Below are positions 37,781 through 49,908 of a DNA stretch of 64,000 bases, piece by piece (the stretch's first letter is position 1; each line of letters starts with the position of its first letter). The position numbers were made by a program, and so were the translations under genes. The stretch lies in contig CAWEEG010000002.1 of the NCBI GenBank assembly GCA_963808015.1, positions 1,114-65,113 of the forward strand, in the 5' to 3' direction. The DNA comes from an uncultured Actinomycetota bacterium (GTDB lineage Bacteria; Actinomycetota; Acidimicrobiia; Spongiisociales; UBA5794). The notes beneath the pieces are model-generated. The model was given only the letters and a program-made list of their open reading frames with translations. It made no database searches and was not told the DNA's origin.

Positions 37781-38842
37781 ATGACCAATGTCCGATGGGG
37801 CGTATTGAGCACGGCGGGTATTGGTATGGAGACGGTGACTCCCGCGATCCAGCGCGCCGAGAACTGTGATGTCGTGGCCATCGCGTCGCGTGACATCGAT
37901 CGAGCCACAGCAGCAGCAGCTCAACTCGAGATACCAAGGGCGTACGGCTCCTACGAGGAGCTCCTCGCCGCCGACGACATCGATGTCGTCTACATCCCGC
38001 TTCCGAACGATCTCCATGCCGAATGGGTGATGAAGGCCGCGACCGCCGGGAAGCACGTTCTCTGTGAGAAGCCACTTGCCATGAATGCTGCGCAGGCTGA
38101 GGAGATGGCCGCGTTCTGTAAGAGCGCAGGGGTGAAGCTCGCCGAGGCGTTCATGTATCGCCACCACCCGACCTGGGTCGAGGCTGTTCGCCTCGTGAGA
38201 AGCGGCATGATCGGCGATCTGCAGGGAGTGCAGAGTTGGTTCAGCTACTACAACGACGACCCCTCGAACATCCGCAACAAGGTGTCGAACGGGGGCGGTG
38301 CCCTCATGGACATCGGCTGCTACAACATCAACATGTCGCGGATGCTCTTCGACGCGGAACCGGAGCGAGTTGAGGCCTCGGTGCGCCGTGACCCGGTGAT
38401 GGGCATCGACATCGTGACATCGGCCATTCTCGAATTCCCGGGCGGCGGCCAGTCGACGTTCACCTGTTCGACGCGTGCCGAGGACTATCAGCGTGTGCAC
38501 ATTGTCGGCACAACCGGCCGGATCGATATCGAGATTCCGTTCAATATCCCGCCCGATCTCGAGACGACGATCTTCGTGGTCTCCGGGGGCGAGCCACCCG
38601 TCGCCCCGGCCACTGAGGCGTTGGTGTTCCCGCCGGAGAACCAGTACACGATTCAGGCACGCCTCTTCGCTCAGGCGGTGCTGGACGACACGCCCGTCGC
38701 GGTTCCGATCTCGGACGCAATCAACAACATGAAGGTCATCGACGAGATCCTGGCCGACACCATCGCAGGCCTGAGAGAGGTCGCATCGGTCCGTGTACGA
38801 TTCGGGCGAGCCATGCCCAGAACCAAGGGAGTTGAGCAATGA
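37781..38842 (+). CDS. Gfo/Idh/MocA family oxidoreductase (possible sugar dehydrogenase)
   Basis: VRWGVLST, HVLCEKPLA, GGGALMDIGCY. Confidence 0.92.
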   Translation: MTNVRWGVLSTAGIGMETVTPAIQRAENCDVVAIASRDIDRATAAAAQLEIPRAYGSYEELLAADDIDVVYIPLPNDLHAEWVMKAATAGKHVLCEKPLAMNAAQAEEMAAFCKSAGVKLAEAFMYRHHPTWVEAVRLVRSGMIGDLQGVQSWFSYYNDDPSNIRNKVSNGGGALMDIGCYNINMSRMLFDAEPERVEASVRRDPVMGIDIVTSAILEFPGGGQSTFTCSTRAEDYQRVHIVGTTGRIDIEIPFNIPPDLETTIFVVSGGEPPVAPATEALVFPPENQYTIQARLFAQAVLDDTPVAVPISDAINNMKVIDEILADTIAGLREVASVRVRFGRAMPRTKGVEQ

Positions 38843-39559
38843 GAGACATCAGCGGATTGACGGTGGCGATCACCGGGGCCAGCGCAGGGATCGGTGAAGC
38901 GACCGCCCGTGCGGTTGTCGCAGAAGGGGCCACCGTGGTTCTCGGCGCTCGTCGGGTTGACCGGCTCGAAGCCTTGGCCGCCGAGTTGGGTTCGAGTGCA
39001 GCGATCGTCGAGATGGATGTTCGCGAGCCGGGCGACTCGCAGCGTCTCGTTCAAGAGGCCTACACGCGGTTCGGGCGCCTCGATGCGCTCGTCGCCAACG
39101 CAGGGATCGGCGCGTACGGCGGGATCATGGATCTGACCGACGAGAAGCTGAAGACCATGATGGACACCAACGTGGCCGGAACGGTGTGGCCGATCCGCGC
39201 CGCGGTGCCCGGGATTCGTCGAGAAGGGCGGCGGTGACATCGTCATCGTGGCGTCGGTTGCCGGCATCCGTGGGGCCGGGGATGAAGCCGTGTACGCGGC
39301 GACGAAGTTCGCCCAGGTTGGTCTTGCAGGCGGGCTTGACCGCGAGCTCCGCGAGTCGGGCGTTCGGGTGAGCACGATTTGCCCGGGGGGTACAGCGACG
39401 GAGTTTGCGATGGGGGCCGGCCGGACGCCCGACATGCCGGGGCTTGCCGACATGATGAGTGCCGAGAACGTCGCCGAAGCGGTCGTCACGGTCCTTCAGC
39501 AGCCGCTCTCGATGCGCACGCTCATCTGGTCGATGCGGAGCATCCAGGAAGACGACTGA
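38839..39559 (+). CDS. Short-chain dehydrogenase/reductase, frameshifted
   Basis: TGASAGIG, NAGIG, YAATK. Confidence 0.9.
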
Positions 39560-39599
39560 GTCTCGGCCGGGTGGTGCTCTGCCTGGCGTAGCCGTCCCG

Positions 39600-40388
39600 T
39601 CAGTGCAGGTCTTCGATGTCGTGTTCGGTGACCTGACTCGAGTCCTTGCCCATGATGATCATGGCGAGGATCTGATCCTTGGTGACGTCGTCCTTGTTCA
39701 CGATTCCGACGATCTTGCCGGTGTGCATCACCGCAATGCGGTCTGCGAGGTCGAACACGTCGTGGATGTCGTGGCTGATCAGGAAGATCCCTATGCCCTC
39801 CGACTTGAGCTGCACGATGAGCTCACCCACCTGCGCCGTCTCTGCAGGACCAAGTGCCGCCGTGGGCTCGTCCATGATGATGATGCGCGCATTGAAGTAG
39901 ACGGCCTTGGCGATTGCGATCGATTGCCGCTGACCTCCGGACAACGACTGCACCGGGACACCGAAGTTCTTGAACCTCGGGTTGAGGCGAGCCATCACCT
40001 TCCGCGTTGCCTCCTCCATGGCCATGTCGTCGAGCGTGCCCCAACGTGAGCGGAGTTCCCGCCCGAGGAACATGTTGGACGGTGCGTCCTGGTTCTCGGA
40101 CAGGGCCAACGTCTGATAGATCGTCTCCACGCCGTAGCCCTTGGCGTCACGGGGGTTGTTGATCGAGGCACGTTCGCCGTCGATCTTGATCTCACCCGAA
40201 TCGGCCGGGTGTGCTCCGGAGAGACACCGGATGAGGGTGGTCTTGCCCGCTCCGTTCCCACCGACGATGGCGACGACCTCGCCTGGGTACAGATCGATGG
40301 AGCAGTCCTCTGCCGCATGTACGCCGCCAAAGGCGACGTTCATGTGGCTCATCTCGACCAGCGGTGTCCGGGTCTCGACCGTTGTCAT
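39600..40388 (-). CDS. Sugar ABC transporter ATP-binding protein (XylG-like, single domain)
   Basis: [21 protein letters not shown]. Confidence 0.92.
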   Translation of the reverse strand: MTTVETRTPLVEMSHMNVAFGGVHAAEDCSIDLYPGEVVAIVGGNGAGKTTLIRCLSGAHPADSGEIKIDGERASINNPRDAKGYGVETIYQTLALSENQDAPSNMFLGRELRSRWGTLDDMAMEEATRKVMARLNPRFKNFGVPVQSLSGGQRQSIAIAKAVYFNARIIIMDEPTAALGPAETAQVGELIVQLKSEGIGIFLISHDIHDVFDLADRIAVMHTGKIVGIVNKDDVTKDQILAMIIMGKDSSQVTEHDIEDLH

Positions 40389-41745
40389 CTTGCCACCCTC
40401 TTTCGGTAGTAGCCGTCAAGTGCCACCGCTGCAACGAGCACGATGCCGACGACGATGTCCTGCAGCGGTGCATCAACCCCGATGAGGACCATGCCGGACA
40501 CCAGGGATTGCATCACGAGCGCGCCGAGGACCGCACCGGGGATGGTGCCGACGCCTCCGCTCAGAGACGTGCCGCCGATTACCGCGGCGGCAATCACGTA
40601 GAGCTCGGCGAGCTGGCCCAGTCCGCTGGTCGCCGCGTTGAGGCGGGCGATCTGGACGGCGGCGGCGATCCCGACGAGGAGCCCCATGAGGGCAAACGTC
40701 TTGACAATCGTCCACCGAACCTTGATGCCGGCCAGGGTCGCTGCTTCGGGGTTGCCCCCGATGGCGTAGACGTAGCGCCCAAAGCGGGTGCGGGTGGCGA
40801 TGAAGTTCATCGCCAGCGCGACGATGATCGTGATCAGAACCGGTGTCGCAAGGCCGAGGGGGATGGTGAGTCCTTCAGGGGGCCACGCGATCCCGTTGTC
40901 TGCGGCGTACTGCCGGGCCAGGGCCTCAGGCATCGGGTAGGAGTTGATGACCGCGGTTGCGCCGAGGATCACGGCGATCGCGATCGCGCCGATCGTGACC
41001 TCGGCCCACATCGGCCTCGGTGTGAAGCCGACTCGCTATGCGTTGCCTGCGGCGGTTCCACATGAGCAGCACAACCCCTACACATCCGGCGATACCAAGG
41101 ATCCAGGTCCACGTGCCTCCGATGGTTCCTCGCGCCCCGCCTCCAAGGATCTGGAAGGTCTTGTCCATGGGGGCGATCGTCTGTCCACTGGCCATCCACC
41201 ACGCAACGCCGCGCCACACGAGGAGGCCGCCGAGGGTGACGATGAACGACGGCACCCCGACGTAGGCGACGATCGTGCCCTGGAGTGCTCCGATGAGCGC
41301 TCCAAGCAGCAGGCCGGCAAGGATGGCGATGATCCAGATCGCGGGGCTGCCAATCTCGAATATGTCGGTCAGATACCGTGCCTGGAGAAGCGCCATCGCC
41401 ATGCCAACCGCTGCCAGCATCGAGCCCACCGACAGATCGATGTTGCGAGACACGATGACGAGCACCATGCCGGTTGCCATGATCGCCACCACCGAGGTCT
41501 GCACCGAAAGGTTCCACAGGTTGCGGGACGTCAGGAAGGCGCCGTCGGAGAGAATGTTCGACCCGATCCAGATGATGAGCAACGCTGCGACCATGCCGAG
41601 GAGGCGTGTATCGATTTCGGCCGATCGGAAGAGAGAACCGATTGTTGTCCGTGTCGGCGGCGGAGCGGCCCCCTGTTCGGCGTTGGGTGGTTGGAGGTGC
41701 GGCCGCACCCGTGTCAGTCGATGGGGTGTTGTTGGTATCCGTCAC
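40385..41745 (-). CDS. xylH: Sugar ABC transporter permease (XylH-like), frameshifted
   Basis: [41 protein letters not shown]. Confidence 0.8.
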
Positions 41746-41785
41746 GGGTCCACAATAGAGCGGTTCGCCGTTTCAGAAGAAATAG

Positions 41786-41819
41786 GAGAGCCGCACCCAC
41801 CGAGGCGGGTGCGGCTCTC
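41786..41819 (-). terminator. Intercistronic stem-loop downstream of the binding-protein gene
   Basis: GAGAGCCGCACCC-N8-GGGTGCGGCTCTC, 13-bp stem. Confidence 0.6.
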
Positions 41820-41842
41820 TTGCTAATCAGCGTCGACTGACC

Positions 41843-43028
41843 CTAGGGGCAGACCGACACGCTTCCGGACTCGACATCCTTGCAGAGGTCGTCCTGCGTG
41901 ATCCATCCTGCGTCGAGAACGACGTTCAGGTTGTCCTGAGTGATCGGGATCGGCGTCAGGATGATCGACCACACATCAACACCACCGGGTGTCGTGAATG
42001 CTCCAGCCGCAGTGCCAGCCGCAGGTGCCGAGTCACCGAGGTTCCCCGGAGCCGCCACGGCATCGAGACCGGTGCCGCCAGCGAGTTGCACGGCCACCTC
42101 ACCGGCCGTCTGACCGAGCGCAAAGGCGTTCTTCCAAACGTCTACCGCCTGCGTGCCGAGTGCGACCCGGTTCAGAGCGGAGAAGTCGCCGTCCTGTCCC
42201 GACACCGGCACGGAGCCTGCGAGACCCTGTGCGTCCAGAGCGGCGACAACGCCGCCGGCCATGCCGTCGTTGGATGACACAACAGCCTGGACATCGTTGT
42301 CGTTCGTCGTCAGGAACTGCTCCATGTTGGTCTGGGCTACATCCGGCGCCCAGTTGTCGGTGTAGGACTCGCCGACGTTGATGATCGGGCACGGTGCCAC
42401 GAGTTCCTCACAGCCGGTTGCCTCGAGCAGCACCTCTTCCTGACCTCCACGGAGGAAGTCGGCGTTGGCGTCTGCAGAGTTGCCCTTGATGAAGACGTAG
42501 TTGCCTTCAGGGACCAGGTCGTAGATCGCCCGAGCCTGCATGCGCCCCACCTCGACATTGTCGAAGGTGATGTAGAACGCAGTTCGGGTCTTCGATGAGC
42601 CGGTCGTATGCGATGACCGGGATCCCCTGGTCGGTTGCACTCTGAACCGCCGGCAGGATGGCCGTGCCGTCCTGAGCGAGAATGATCAACGCGTTCGCGC
42701 CCTGTGAGATGAGGTTCTCCACGTCGGCGATCTGCTGCTCCGCTGAGGAACCAGCATCCGACGATATGTAGGTAGCGCCTGCGGCGTCGAGAGCCGCCTG
42801 GATCGCCGGCTCGTCCGCCCGCGCCCACCGCTCTTCGTTGTAGTTGTTCCACGACACGCCGACGACGAGGGCATCGCTCTCGGCTGCGGTCGTTGTCGTT
42901 TCGTCGCCGCCGGCGGCGGCTGTGGTCGTCGTGTCGTCAGAATCATCGCTGCTACATGCTGCGACGATCATTGCGAACACGGCGAGCATGATGAGAAGCT
43001 TGATGCTTCGCTTCATTTCTTCCTCCAT
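41843..43028 (-). CDS. xylF: D-xylose-type ABC substrate-binding lipoprotein, frameshifted
   Basis: Lipobox MIVAAC; [13 protein letters not shown]...[14 protein letters not shown]; [10 protein letters not shown]; VSGQDGD. Confidence 0.8.
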
Positions 43029-43320
43029 GTACTGGTTAGCGACCGCTCATGCGGTCGCGCTCTTGAGACTATACCCCTGTGTTGGTGGACACTCGCATGT
43101 TGGCGACTACTCATTCTTCGTTCAGAAGCTGGGGCCCATGTGTCCTCCTACCGGCCACGAACAGGGTGTGGGCTGAACGGTCTGGCGAATCGAGTGGGCG
43201 GGTTGCCGGGCTACCCTTCGTGGGGTTCACGATCGCGAGGAGACACCCGCTGGGCCCGGCGCCTGTGAACCTCTCCAGCGGCGGATCAAGCTGCTGCGGA
43301 GATGGTGGAAAGGACAACCG

Positions 43321-45195
43321 ATGGCGAGCAGCCGGACAAGATGGTGGATGGCGGCACTTGGTGTGCTGCTGGTCGCCGGGGTGGCCATCGGGGGTGTCGT
43401 GCTCCTGCGATCCGGCGGTGACGAGGACGCCTGTCCGCCGATCGCCGAACACCCCGAATGGTCGGTGGCGCGCCGCTGGAATGAAGTGCTGCTCGACGCG
43501 ATTCGGCGTGACCTTCCTGCGCCCACAGTGCACGCGAGGAATCTCTATCACACGTCGGCAGCGATGTGGGACGCGTGGGCCGCCTACGACGCCACGGCCC
43601 GGGGTGTCTTCGTCGACGAAGATCACAGCGCCTCGGACGTGGAGGCAGCACGAGAGGAAGCGATGAGCTACGCAGCATTCCGCGTCCTCGAGGCACGCTA
43701 CATCGACTCGATCGGCGCAACGGAGACGATCCCCGAGTTCGATCGGCTGATGCAGGACCTTTGTTACTCGATCGATGTGACGACCACCGAGGGCGAAACG
43801 CCGGCCGCGCTCGGAAACCGCATCGCCGATGTGATCTTGGAAGCCGGGATGGTCGACGGCTCCAACGAAGCCGAGGGGTATGCCTCGCCGGGCTACGATC
43901 CCGTCAACCCAGCGCTCACCGTTGACGCCTCCGGGACGACGCTGAACGACCCGAACCGGTGGCAGCCGCTCCAGATCGAGAACATGATCTCGCAGAACGG
44001 CGTCCCACTCGAAAACGGTGTCCAGGAATCCATCGATCCCCACTGGGGGTACGTCGTCGGTTTCGCGCTTCCACCTGCGGGGGAGACGGGTGTGCCGGTT
44101 GACCCTGGCGACCCGCCCTATGCACACGATCCGGAGACCGACCAGGAATACAAGGAAGCTGCCGTCGAGGTGGTCGCCTACAGCAGCGTGCTCGACCCGA
44201 GGGAGGCAATCAATGTCGATATCTCCCCTGCCACGATCGGAGCCAATCCCCTCGGTACGAACGATGGCACGGGCTACGGCACCAATCCCTCCACCGGGGC
44301 ACCCTATGAACCAAACATCGTGAACGAAGGCGACTTTGGCCGTACGGTTGCCGAGTTCTGGGCTGACGGCCCCGACTCGGAGACGCCACCCGGGCACTGG
44401 AACACGATGGCGAACGCCGTCACCGAAGAACTCGGGGATGACCTGCGCATTGGCGGAACTGGGGACGTCGTTGATGCCCTGGAATGGGACGTCAAGCTCT
44501 ACCTCGCTCTCAACGGGGCGAACCACGACGCGGCGATCGCAGCATGGGGAACGAAGGGTCACTACGACTACATCAGGCCGATCTCGATGATCCGATGGAT
44601 GGGTGGGAACGGACAGTCGAGTGATCCAGCGGCACCGTCGTACCACGAGGACGGGCTTCCGCTCCAGCCGGGGCTCGTCGAAGTGATCAGCGAAGACACA
44701 ACAGCGCCCGGCGAGCGACACTCGGCCCTCGCCGGTCATGAAGGAGAGATCGCCGTGCTTTCGTACGCCGGCAACCCGCCAGACCCGGAGACCGAGATCG
44801 GTGGTGTTGAGTGGATACTCGCCGTCGACTGGGTTCCGTATCAGGCGCCAACGTTTGTGACGCCCTCATTCTCCGGGTACGTCTCGGGCCACAGCACGTT
44901 CAGCAGGGCGTCGGCAGAGGTGCTGACCGGAATCACCGGCACCGAATTCTTCCCCGGCGGCCTCGGCGAATGGACGATTGCCCCAGGCTCGCTCGAGTTC
45001 GAAGCAGGGACTGCAGATGGGGTCACGCTGCAGTGGGCCACCTATCAGGACGCTTCCGATCAGGCAGGTGTTTCTCGGTTGTACGGCGGTATCCACGTGA
45101 GGGCCGACGACTTCGCCGGGCGCATCATCGGCGCCGAGGTCGGTGCTGCGGCATGGGAGCTTGCGCAGACCTACTACGGAGACGCATCCCAATGA
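43321..45195 (+). CDS. Secreted/anchored vanadium-dependent haloperoxidase-like (PAP2 superfamily) protein
   Basis: RRWNEVLLDAIRRD...VHARNLYH; TPSFSGYVSGHS; SRLYGGIH. Confidence 0.85.
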   Translation: MASSRTRWWMAALGVLLVAGVAIGGVVLLRSGGDEDACPPIAEHPEWSVARRWNEVLLDAIRRDLPAPTVHARNLYHTSAAMWDAWAAYDATARGVFVDEDHSASDVEAAREEAMSYAAFRVLEARYIDSIGATETIPEFDRLMQDLCYSIDVTTTEGETPAALGNRIADVILEAGMVDGSNEAEGYASPGYDPVNPALTVDASGTTLNDPNRWQPLQIENMISQNGVPLENGVQESIDPHWGYVVGFALPPAGETGVPVDPGDPPYAHDPETDQEYKEAAVEVVAYSSVLDPREAINVDISPATIGANPLGTNDGTGYGTNPSTGAPYEPNIVNEGDFGRTVAEFWADGPDSETPPGHWNTMANAVTEELGDDLRIGGTGDVVDALEWDVKLYLALNGANHDAAIAAWGTKGHYDYIRPISMIRWMGGNGQSSDPAAPSYHEDGLPLQPGLVEVISEDTTAPGERHSALAGHEGEIAVLSYAGNPPDPETEIGGVEWILAVDWVPYQAPTFVTPSFSGYVSGHSTFSRASAEVLTGITGTEFFPGGLGEWTIAPGSLEFEAGTADGVTLQWATYQDASDQAGVSRLYGGIHVRADDFAGRIIGAEVGAAAWELAQTYYGDASQ

Positions 45196-46877
45196 TGGGC
45201 CTTGACCGGAGAAAGGCGACGACGTGAGCAGAGAGCGATGGCTGATCGCGGCTGTCTTTGCCGTGGTTGTGGCGGTGGGCATCGGCGCCGCGATGATGCT
45301 CGATGTCTGGTGGAGCAACCACCCCGACCGAAGCATTGGGGGCGCCTCACTTCGTCAACGAAGCGGAGGCGGCAGGTATTGACCACGCGTACGACGGGGA
45401 CTGGACCTACTTCGTGGGTGGCGGCGTCGCCGTATTCGACTGCAACGACGATCACAAACAAGATCTCTACATCGCCGGCGGGACGAATCCGGCCGCCCTC
45501 TACGTCAACGAGAGTCGCGTCGGTGGTTCCCTGGAGTTCACCGAGGTGGCGCAGTCCGATACCAACCTGACCGAGGTCACCGGCGCCTATCCGATCGACA
45601 TCGATTCAGACGGACACACCGACCTCGCAGTCCTTCGCTTCGGCGAGAACGTCCTCTTCCGCGGACTCGGCGACTGCACATTCGAGCGCGCCAACGAAGC
45701 GTTCGGGTTCGACGGTGGAGACGAGTGGACGGCAGGATTCAGCGCAACCTGGGAGGGCGCCGCCGCGATGCCGACGCTCGCGATCGGTATGTACGTTGAA
45801 CTCGACGACGAGGGCCGTCAGAACGGCGATTGCTCGGACAACCGGATGTTCCGACCGGACGGCCCAGCCTACGCGGACCCGACACTGCTGAGCCCCGGCT
45901 GGTGCACACTCTCCGTCCTCTTCAGCGACTGGGACCGCTCCGGCCGGCGCGACCTGCGAGTTGCGAACGACAAGCACTACTACCGCGACGGTGAGGAGCA
46001 GCTCTGGCGGATCGACGAGGGGGAGCCGCCGCGCCTCTACACGAGAGAGGACGGCTGGAACAAGCTGCAGATATGGGGCATGGGGATCGCCAGCCACGAT
46101 GTCACGGGCGACGGGCTTCCCGAGGTCTTCCTGACGAGCCAGGGCGACAACAAGTTCCGGGAATTGACCGACGGGCCGGCCCAGCCAAGTTACGGGGACA
46201 TTGCGATTCGGCGAGGTGTGACCGCGCACCGGCCCTTTGTCGGGGACGATGTGATGCCGTCGACAGGTTGGCATCCCGAGTTCCAGGATGTCAACAACGA
46301 CGGTTTCACCGACCTGTTCATCTCCAAGGGCAACGTCGATTCGATGCCGGAGTACGCAGCCGCCGATCCCAACAACCTCCTTCTCGGCCAGCCGGATGGG
46401 ACATTCGTCGAAGGTGCCGTCGACGCAGGAATTGTTCACTACGACCGCAGCCGCGGTGCAGCACTCGTTGACCTCAACCTCGACGGGTTGCTGGATCTGG
46501 TCGAGGTGAACCGGGTAGAGAACGTGAACGTCTGGCGCAACCTCGGCTCGGGGGACACTGCCACAGCCGTGCCGATGGGGAACTGGCTCGCCATCGAACT
46601 GGCGCAACCGGATGTCAACACGGATGCGATCGGCTCCTGGATCGAAGTGAGAATCGGTGATCACGTCGTCCAACGTGAGGTGAACATCGGTGGCGGGCAC
46701 GCCGGAGGCCAAATCGGCTGGATCCACTTCGGACTCGGTCCATCCGACGAAGCCGAGATCCGCGTGCAATGGCCAGACGGAGCGGTCGGGCCGTGGATGA
46801 AGGTGGACGCAAACCAGTTCGTCACGATCACACCCGACGCCGATGCCCCGCAGATATGGACTCCCGCGGAGGACTGA
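45195..46877 (+). CDS. CRTAC1-family protein (FG-GAP/VCBS repeats plus ASPIC/UnbV domain)
   Basis: DCNDDHKQDL, DVNNDGFTDL, DLNLDGLLDL; GGGHAGGQIGWIHFGLG; frameshift at the 5' end. Confidence 0.85.
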
Positions 46878-46895
46878 GAGCAACTGGAGGACCGA

Positions 46896-48272
46896 ATGCC
46901 GAGAGCCACACTGCGTGAAATCGAACTGCCGGACTTCGGCATGCCGGAGATCATGCCAACTGTTCCGGAGCCGCTCTACGCAGAGCGCCTGAATCGGTTC
47001 CGCGACCGGCTTGCGGCCCGCCGCTACGACTTCGGATTGGTGTACGCCGACCGGGAGCACAGCGCGAACCTCTCGTACCTGACCGGCTTCGATCCCCGCT
47101 TCGAGGAGGCGGTCCTGATCGTTGGACCGAACGACCTACCGCTTCTGCTTACCGGCAACGAGTGTGTCGGAATGGCCGAGGCCGCACCACTGCCGATGCG
47201 TGTTGAACTCCACCAGGACCTCAGTCTTCCGAGCCAACCGAGGGACCGTTCCCGGTCGCTCGCCGAGGTTCTTGGCGACGAAGGTCTCACCGCCGGCGTC
47301 CACGTCGGGATGATCGGTTGGAAGGAGTTCCCCGACCGGACGCGGATCGATGTGCCGGCGTTCATCGTTGACGAGGTGCGTGCTGCGGTCGGCAAAGGTG
47401 GCGTGGCCGAGAATGCCGGCGACATCCTCACGGATTCTCAGGACGGAATGCGGGTGATCAACGAGGTGGAGCAACTCGCCGCCTTCGAGTACGCCGCGTG
47501 CCACACATCGACCGGAGTTCGGAACCTGCTGTTCGGCCTCAAGCCGGGCATGCGAGAGGACGAGGCGGTTCGTCTTCTCGAGTGGAACGGTGCTCCGCTG
47601 TCGTGCCACCTGATGCTGACGAGCGGGGACCGTGCAACGCTCGGCCTGCTGAGCCCAAGCGACCGCCGTATCAAGCGAGGGGACCGCTTCACGACGGCGT
47701 TCGGCATTTGGGGCGCCCTCAACTGCCGCGCCGGGTTCGTTGTCGAGGACGCGGCGGAACTCCCGCCGGACGTTCACGATTACGTCGAGCGGCTTGTTGC
47801 ACCGTACTTCGAGGCGATCGCCGAGTGGTACGAAGCACTGCACGTCGGCCAGACCGGGGGAGTACTCCAGGAGATCATCGATCATCACCTTGGTGATCCG
47901 TTCTTCGGGATCTTCCTCAACCCAGGCCATCAGATCCACCTCGATGAATGGGTCAACTCGCCGGTGGCGTCGGGATCAAACGTCGTGTTGCGGTCGGGGA
48001 TGGCGCTCCAGGTCGACGTGATACCGGCGACGGGTACCGAGTACTTCACGACGAACATCGAGGATGGGATCGCGCTCGCCGACGATGCGCTGCGTCGACA
48101 GTTCGCAGAGCAGTATCCGGCCGCATGGGAGCGGATTCAGGCAAGACGGCGATTCATGAACGAAGCGCTGGGAATCACGCTCCATCCCGACGTGCTGCCC
48201 TTCTCCAACATCCCTGCATATCTGCCGCCGTTCCTGCTCCGTGCGGACCACGCTATGACGCTGGCTGGTTAG
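46896..48272 (+). CDS. Uncharacterised protein with creatinase/M24 aminopeptidase-like fold
   Basis: VYADREHSANLSYLTGFDPRFEEA; LNPGHQIHLDEW; TNIEDG. Confidence 0.6.
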   Translation: MPRATLREIELPDFGMPEIMPTVPEPLYAERLNRFRDRLAARRYDFGLVYADREHSANLSYLTGFDPRFEEAVLIVGPNDLPLLLTGNECVGMAEAAPLPMRVELHQDLSLPSQPRDRSRSLAEVLGDEGLTAGVHVGMIGWKEFPDRTRIDVPAFIVDEVRAAVGKGGVAENAGDILTDSQDGMRVINEVEQLAAFEYAACHTSTGVRNLLFGLKPGMREDEAVRLLEWNGAPLSCHLMLTSGDRATLGLLSPSDRRIKRGDRFTTAFGIWGALNCRAGFVVEDAAELPPDVHDYVERLVAPYFEAIAEWYEALHVGQTGGVLQEIIDHHLGDPFFGIFLNPGHQIHLDEWVNSPVASGSNVVLRSGMALQVDVIPATGTEYFTTNIEDGIALADDALRRQFAEQYPAAWERIQARRRFMNEALGITLHPDVLPFSNIPAYLPPFLLRADHAMTLAG

Positions 48273-48357
48273 CGCCGCCAAACTCTGGTCGGGCGAGCGG
48301 GACGGCTTGGAACTCATCCGACTTGCGCAGCGACGCCGGAGCGCGGAGACTCGGGTT

Positions 48358-49339
48358 ATGGGTTTCACCGTGATCAGCGGACCTCGCGACGCCGGACCCG
48401 GCGAGCGTGAGGTCATGTTCGAGAAAGCGAGCCGCGTGTTCGAGGCTGCGGGCATCACGGATCACCAACGCATCGATGTGCCGGGCCGGGGTGCAGCGGA
48501 AGACACCGAAGGCCAGCTTCGCGAGTCCGTCCAGGGCATTGTGCCTGCGCTCCAGAGCGGCTCCCTCTTTGGCGACGCCGATGGAGTCCTCGTTGTTGAC
48601 GCTCAGAACCTCCTCAAGGCCGAAGCCGAAGTGATCGCCGAACTCGTCGTCGCCGCCGATCCCGAAGCGGTCACGGCCGTCTTCGCCGCCGCAGGGGCGA
48701 TTCCCGCTCCGCTGGGAGCCGACACTTCGGAAACATGGCGAAACGGAGAGCGTCAAGAAGTACCGAGAGAGGGACGCATCTCGCTGGCTCGCGGAGGCTG
48801 CCTCGGAGCGGAAAGTCAAGATCGATCCGGGAGCCGTCGCGGTGCTCCTTCGTCGGTTCGGCTCAGATGTGGCGGCGCTCGGTCAAGCACTCGACCAGCT
48901 CGCTGCCGACGGGAAGATGATCACCGAAGAGGATGTCCTCGGCCGTTACTCGAACCGTCCGGATGAACCAATGTGGCTGTTGTCGGATGCGATCACTGCG
49001 GGCAACGAGAGTGAAGCGCTGCGACGCCTCGCCGACTTTCTCGAGCATGGCCATCCGCTTGTTGTCCTCGCCTATTTGGAAGGTGAGGTGCGGAGGCGGT
49101 CTCTTGCCGCGATTGCGCCCGATCGGGAGACGTACGCCGGGTGGGTCGGGCAGTCACCGGCGTCGTTCCCGGTGCGGAAGGTATGGGAGCGCCGATCGTC
49201 GACGCGAGCCGAATCTCTGCGCCTTTCGCTTGACGCGTTGGCCCGAGCCGATCTTCAGATCAAGAGCGCCCCCGAACCAACCCACCGAGTGACCCTAGAA
49301 CGCCTAACAGTCGCAATGTGCCGGTGGCTCGGGAAGTAG
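48358..49339 (+). CDS. holA: DNA polymerase III delta subunit, frameshifted
   Basis: LQSGSLFG; position between comEC and rpsT; clamp-loader-like C-terminus. Confidence 0.8.
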
Positions 49340-49427
49340 ACAAGAGACCCGAGACTTGAGACCCGAGATTCGAGACCGGTCTCGTGTCTCGCCAGGGGGT
49401 TCCGACCGATCCACTGAAGGATGCGGA

Positions 49428-49904
49428 TCAACCGTCGTACACGCGTACTGCCGCTATCCGATACGTGAACGTTCCGCCGGGGGCTTCGTAGCTCACTTCA
49501 TCACCGGGGGCTGAACCGAGGAGCGCATCGCCCAGTGGGCTCTGCGGCGAGGCGAGGAGCATGCCTGCGACCTTGTTCTCGGACGGGGCGACAAAGAACT
49601 CGTACTCGTCCTCATCGTCGTCGATCACCGTCACCACGGTCCCGATCTCAACAAGTCCGGAGTTCTCGACCTCGCGGACTTCCGCAGACTCGAGGAGATG
49701 GGTGAGCTTGCGAATCCGGGCTTCCATCATGCCCTGCTCGTTCTTCGCCGCGTCGTACTCGGCGTTCTCCTTGAGATCGCCGTGTTCGCGTGCCTCGGCG
49801 ATTCGTGCCGTGATCTCGATACGGCCGACCGTCGACAGCTGTTCGAGTTCGGCCTGGAGCTTCTCGTGGGCGGCCGGCGTGAGCCAGGTCGACGAATCGG
49901 TCAC
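49428..49904 (-). CDS. greA: Transcription elongation factor GreA
   Basis: AREHGDLKENAEYDAAK; SPQSPLGDALLG. Confidence 0.95.
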   Translation of the reverse strand: MTDSSTWLTPAAHEKLQAELEQLSTVGRIEITARIAEAREHGDLKENAEYDAAKNEQGMMEARIRKLTHLLESAEVREVENSGLVEIGTVVTVIDDDEDEYEFFVAPSENKVAGMLLASPQSPLGDALLGSAPGDEVSYEAPGGTFTYRIAAVRVYDG

Positions 49905-49908
49905 AGGG

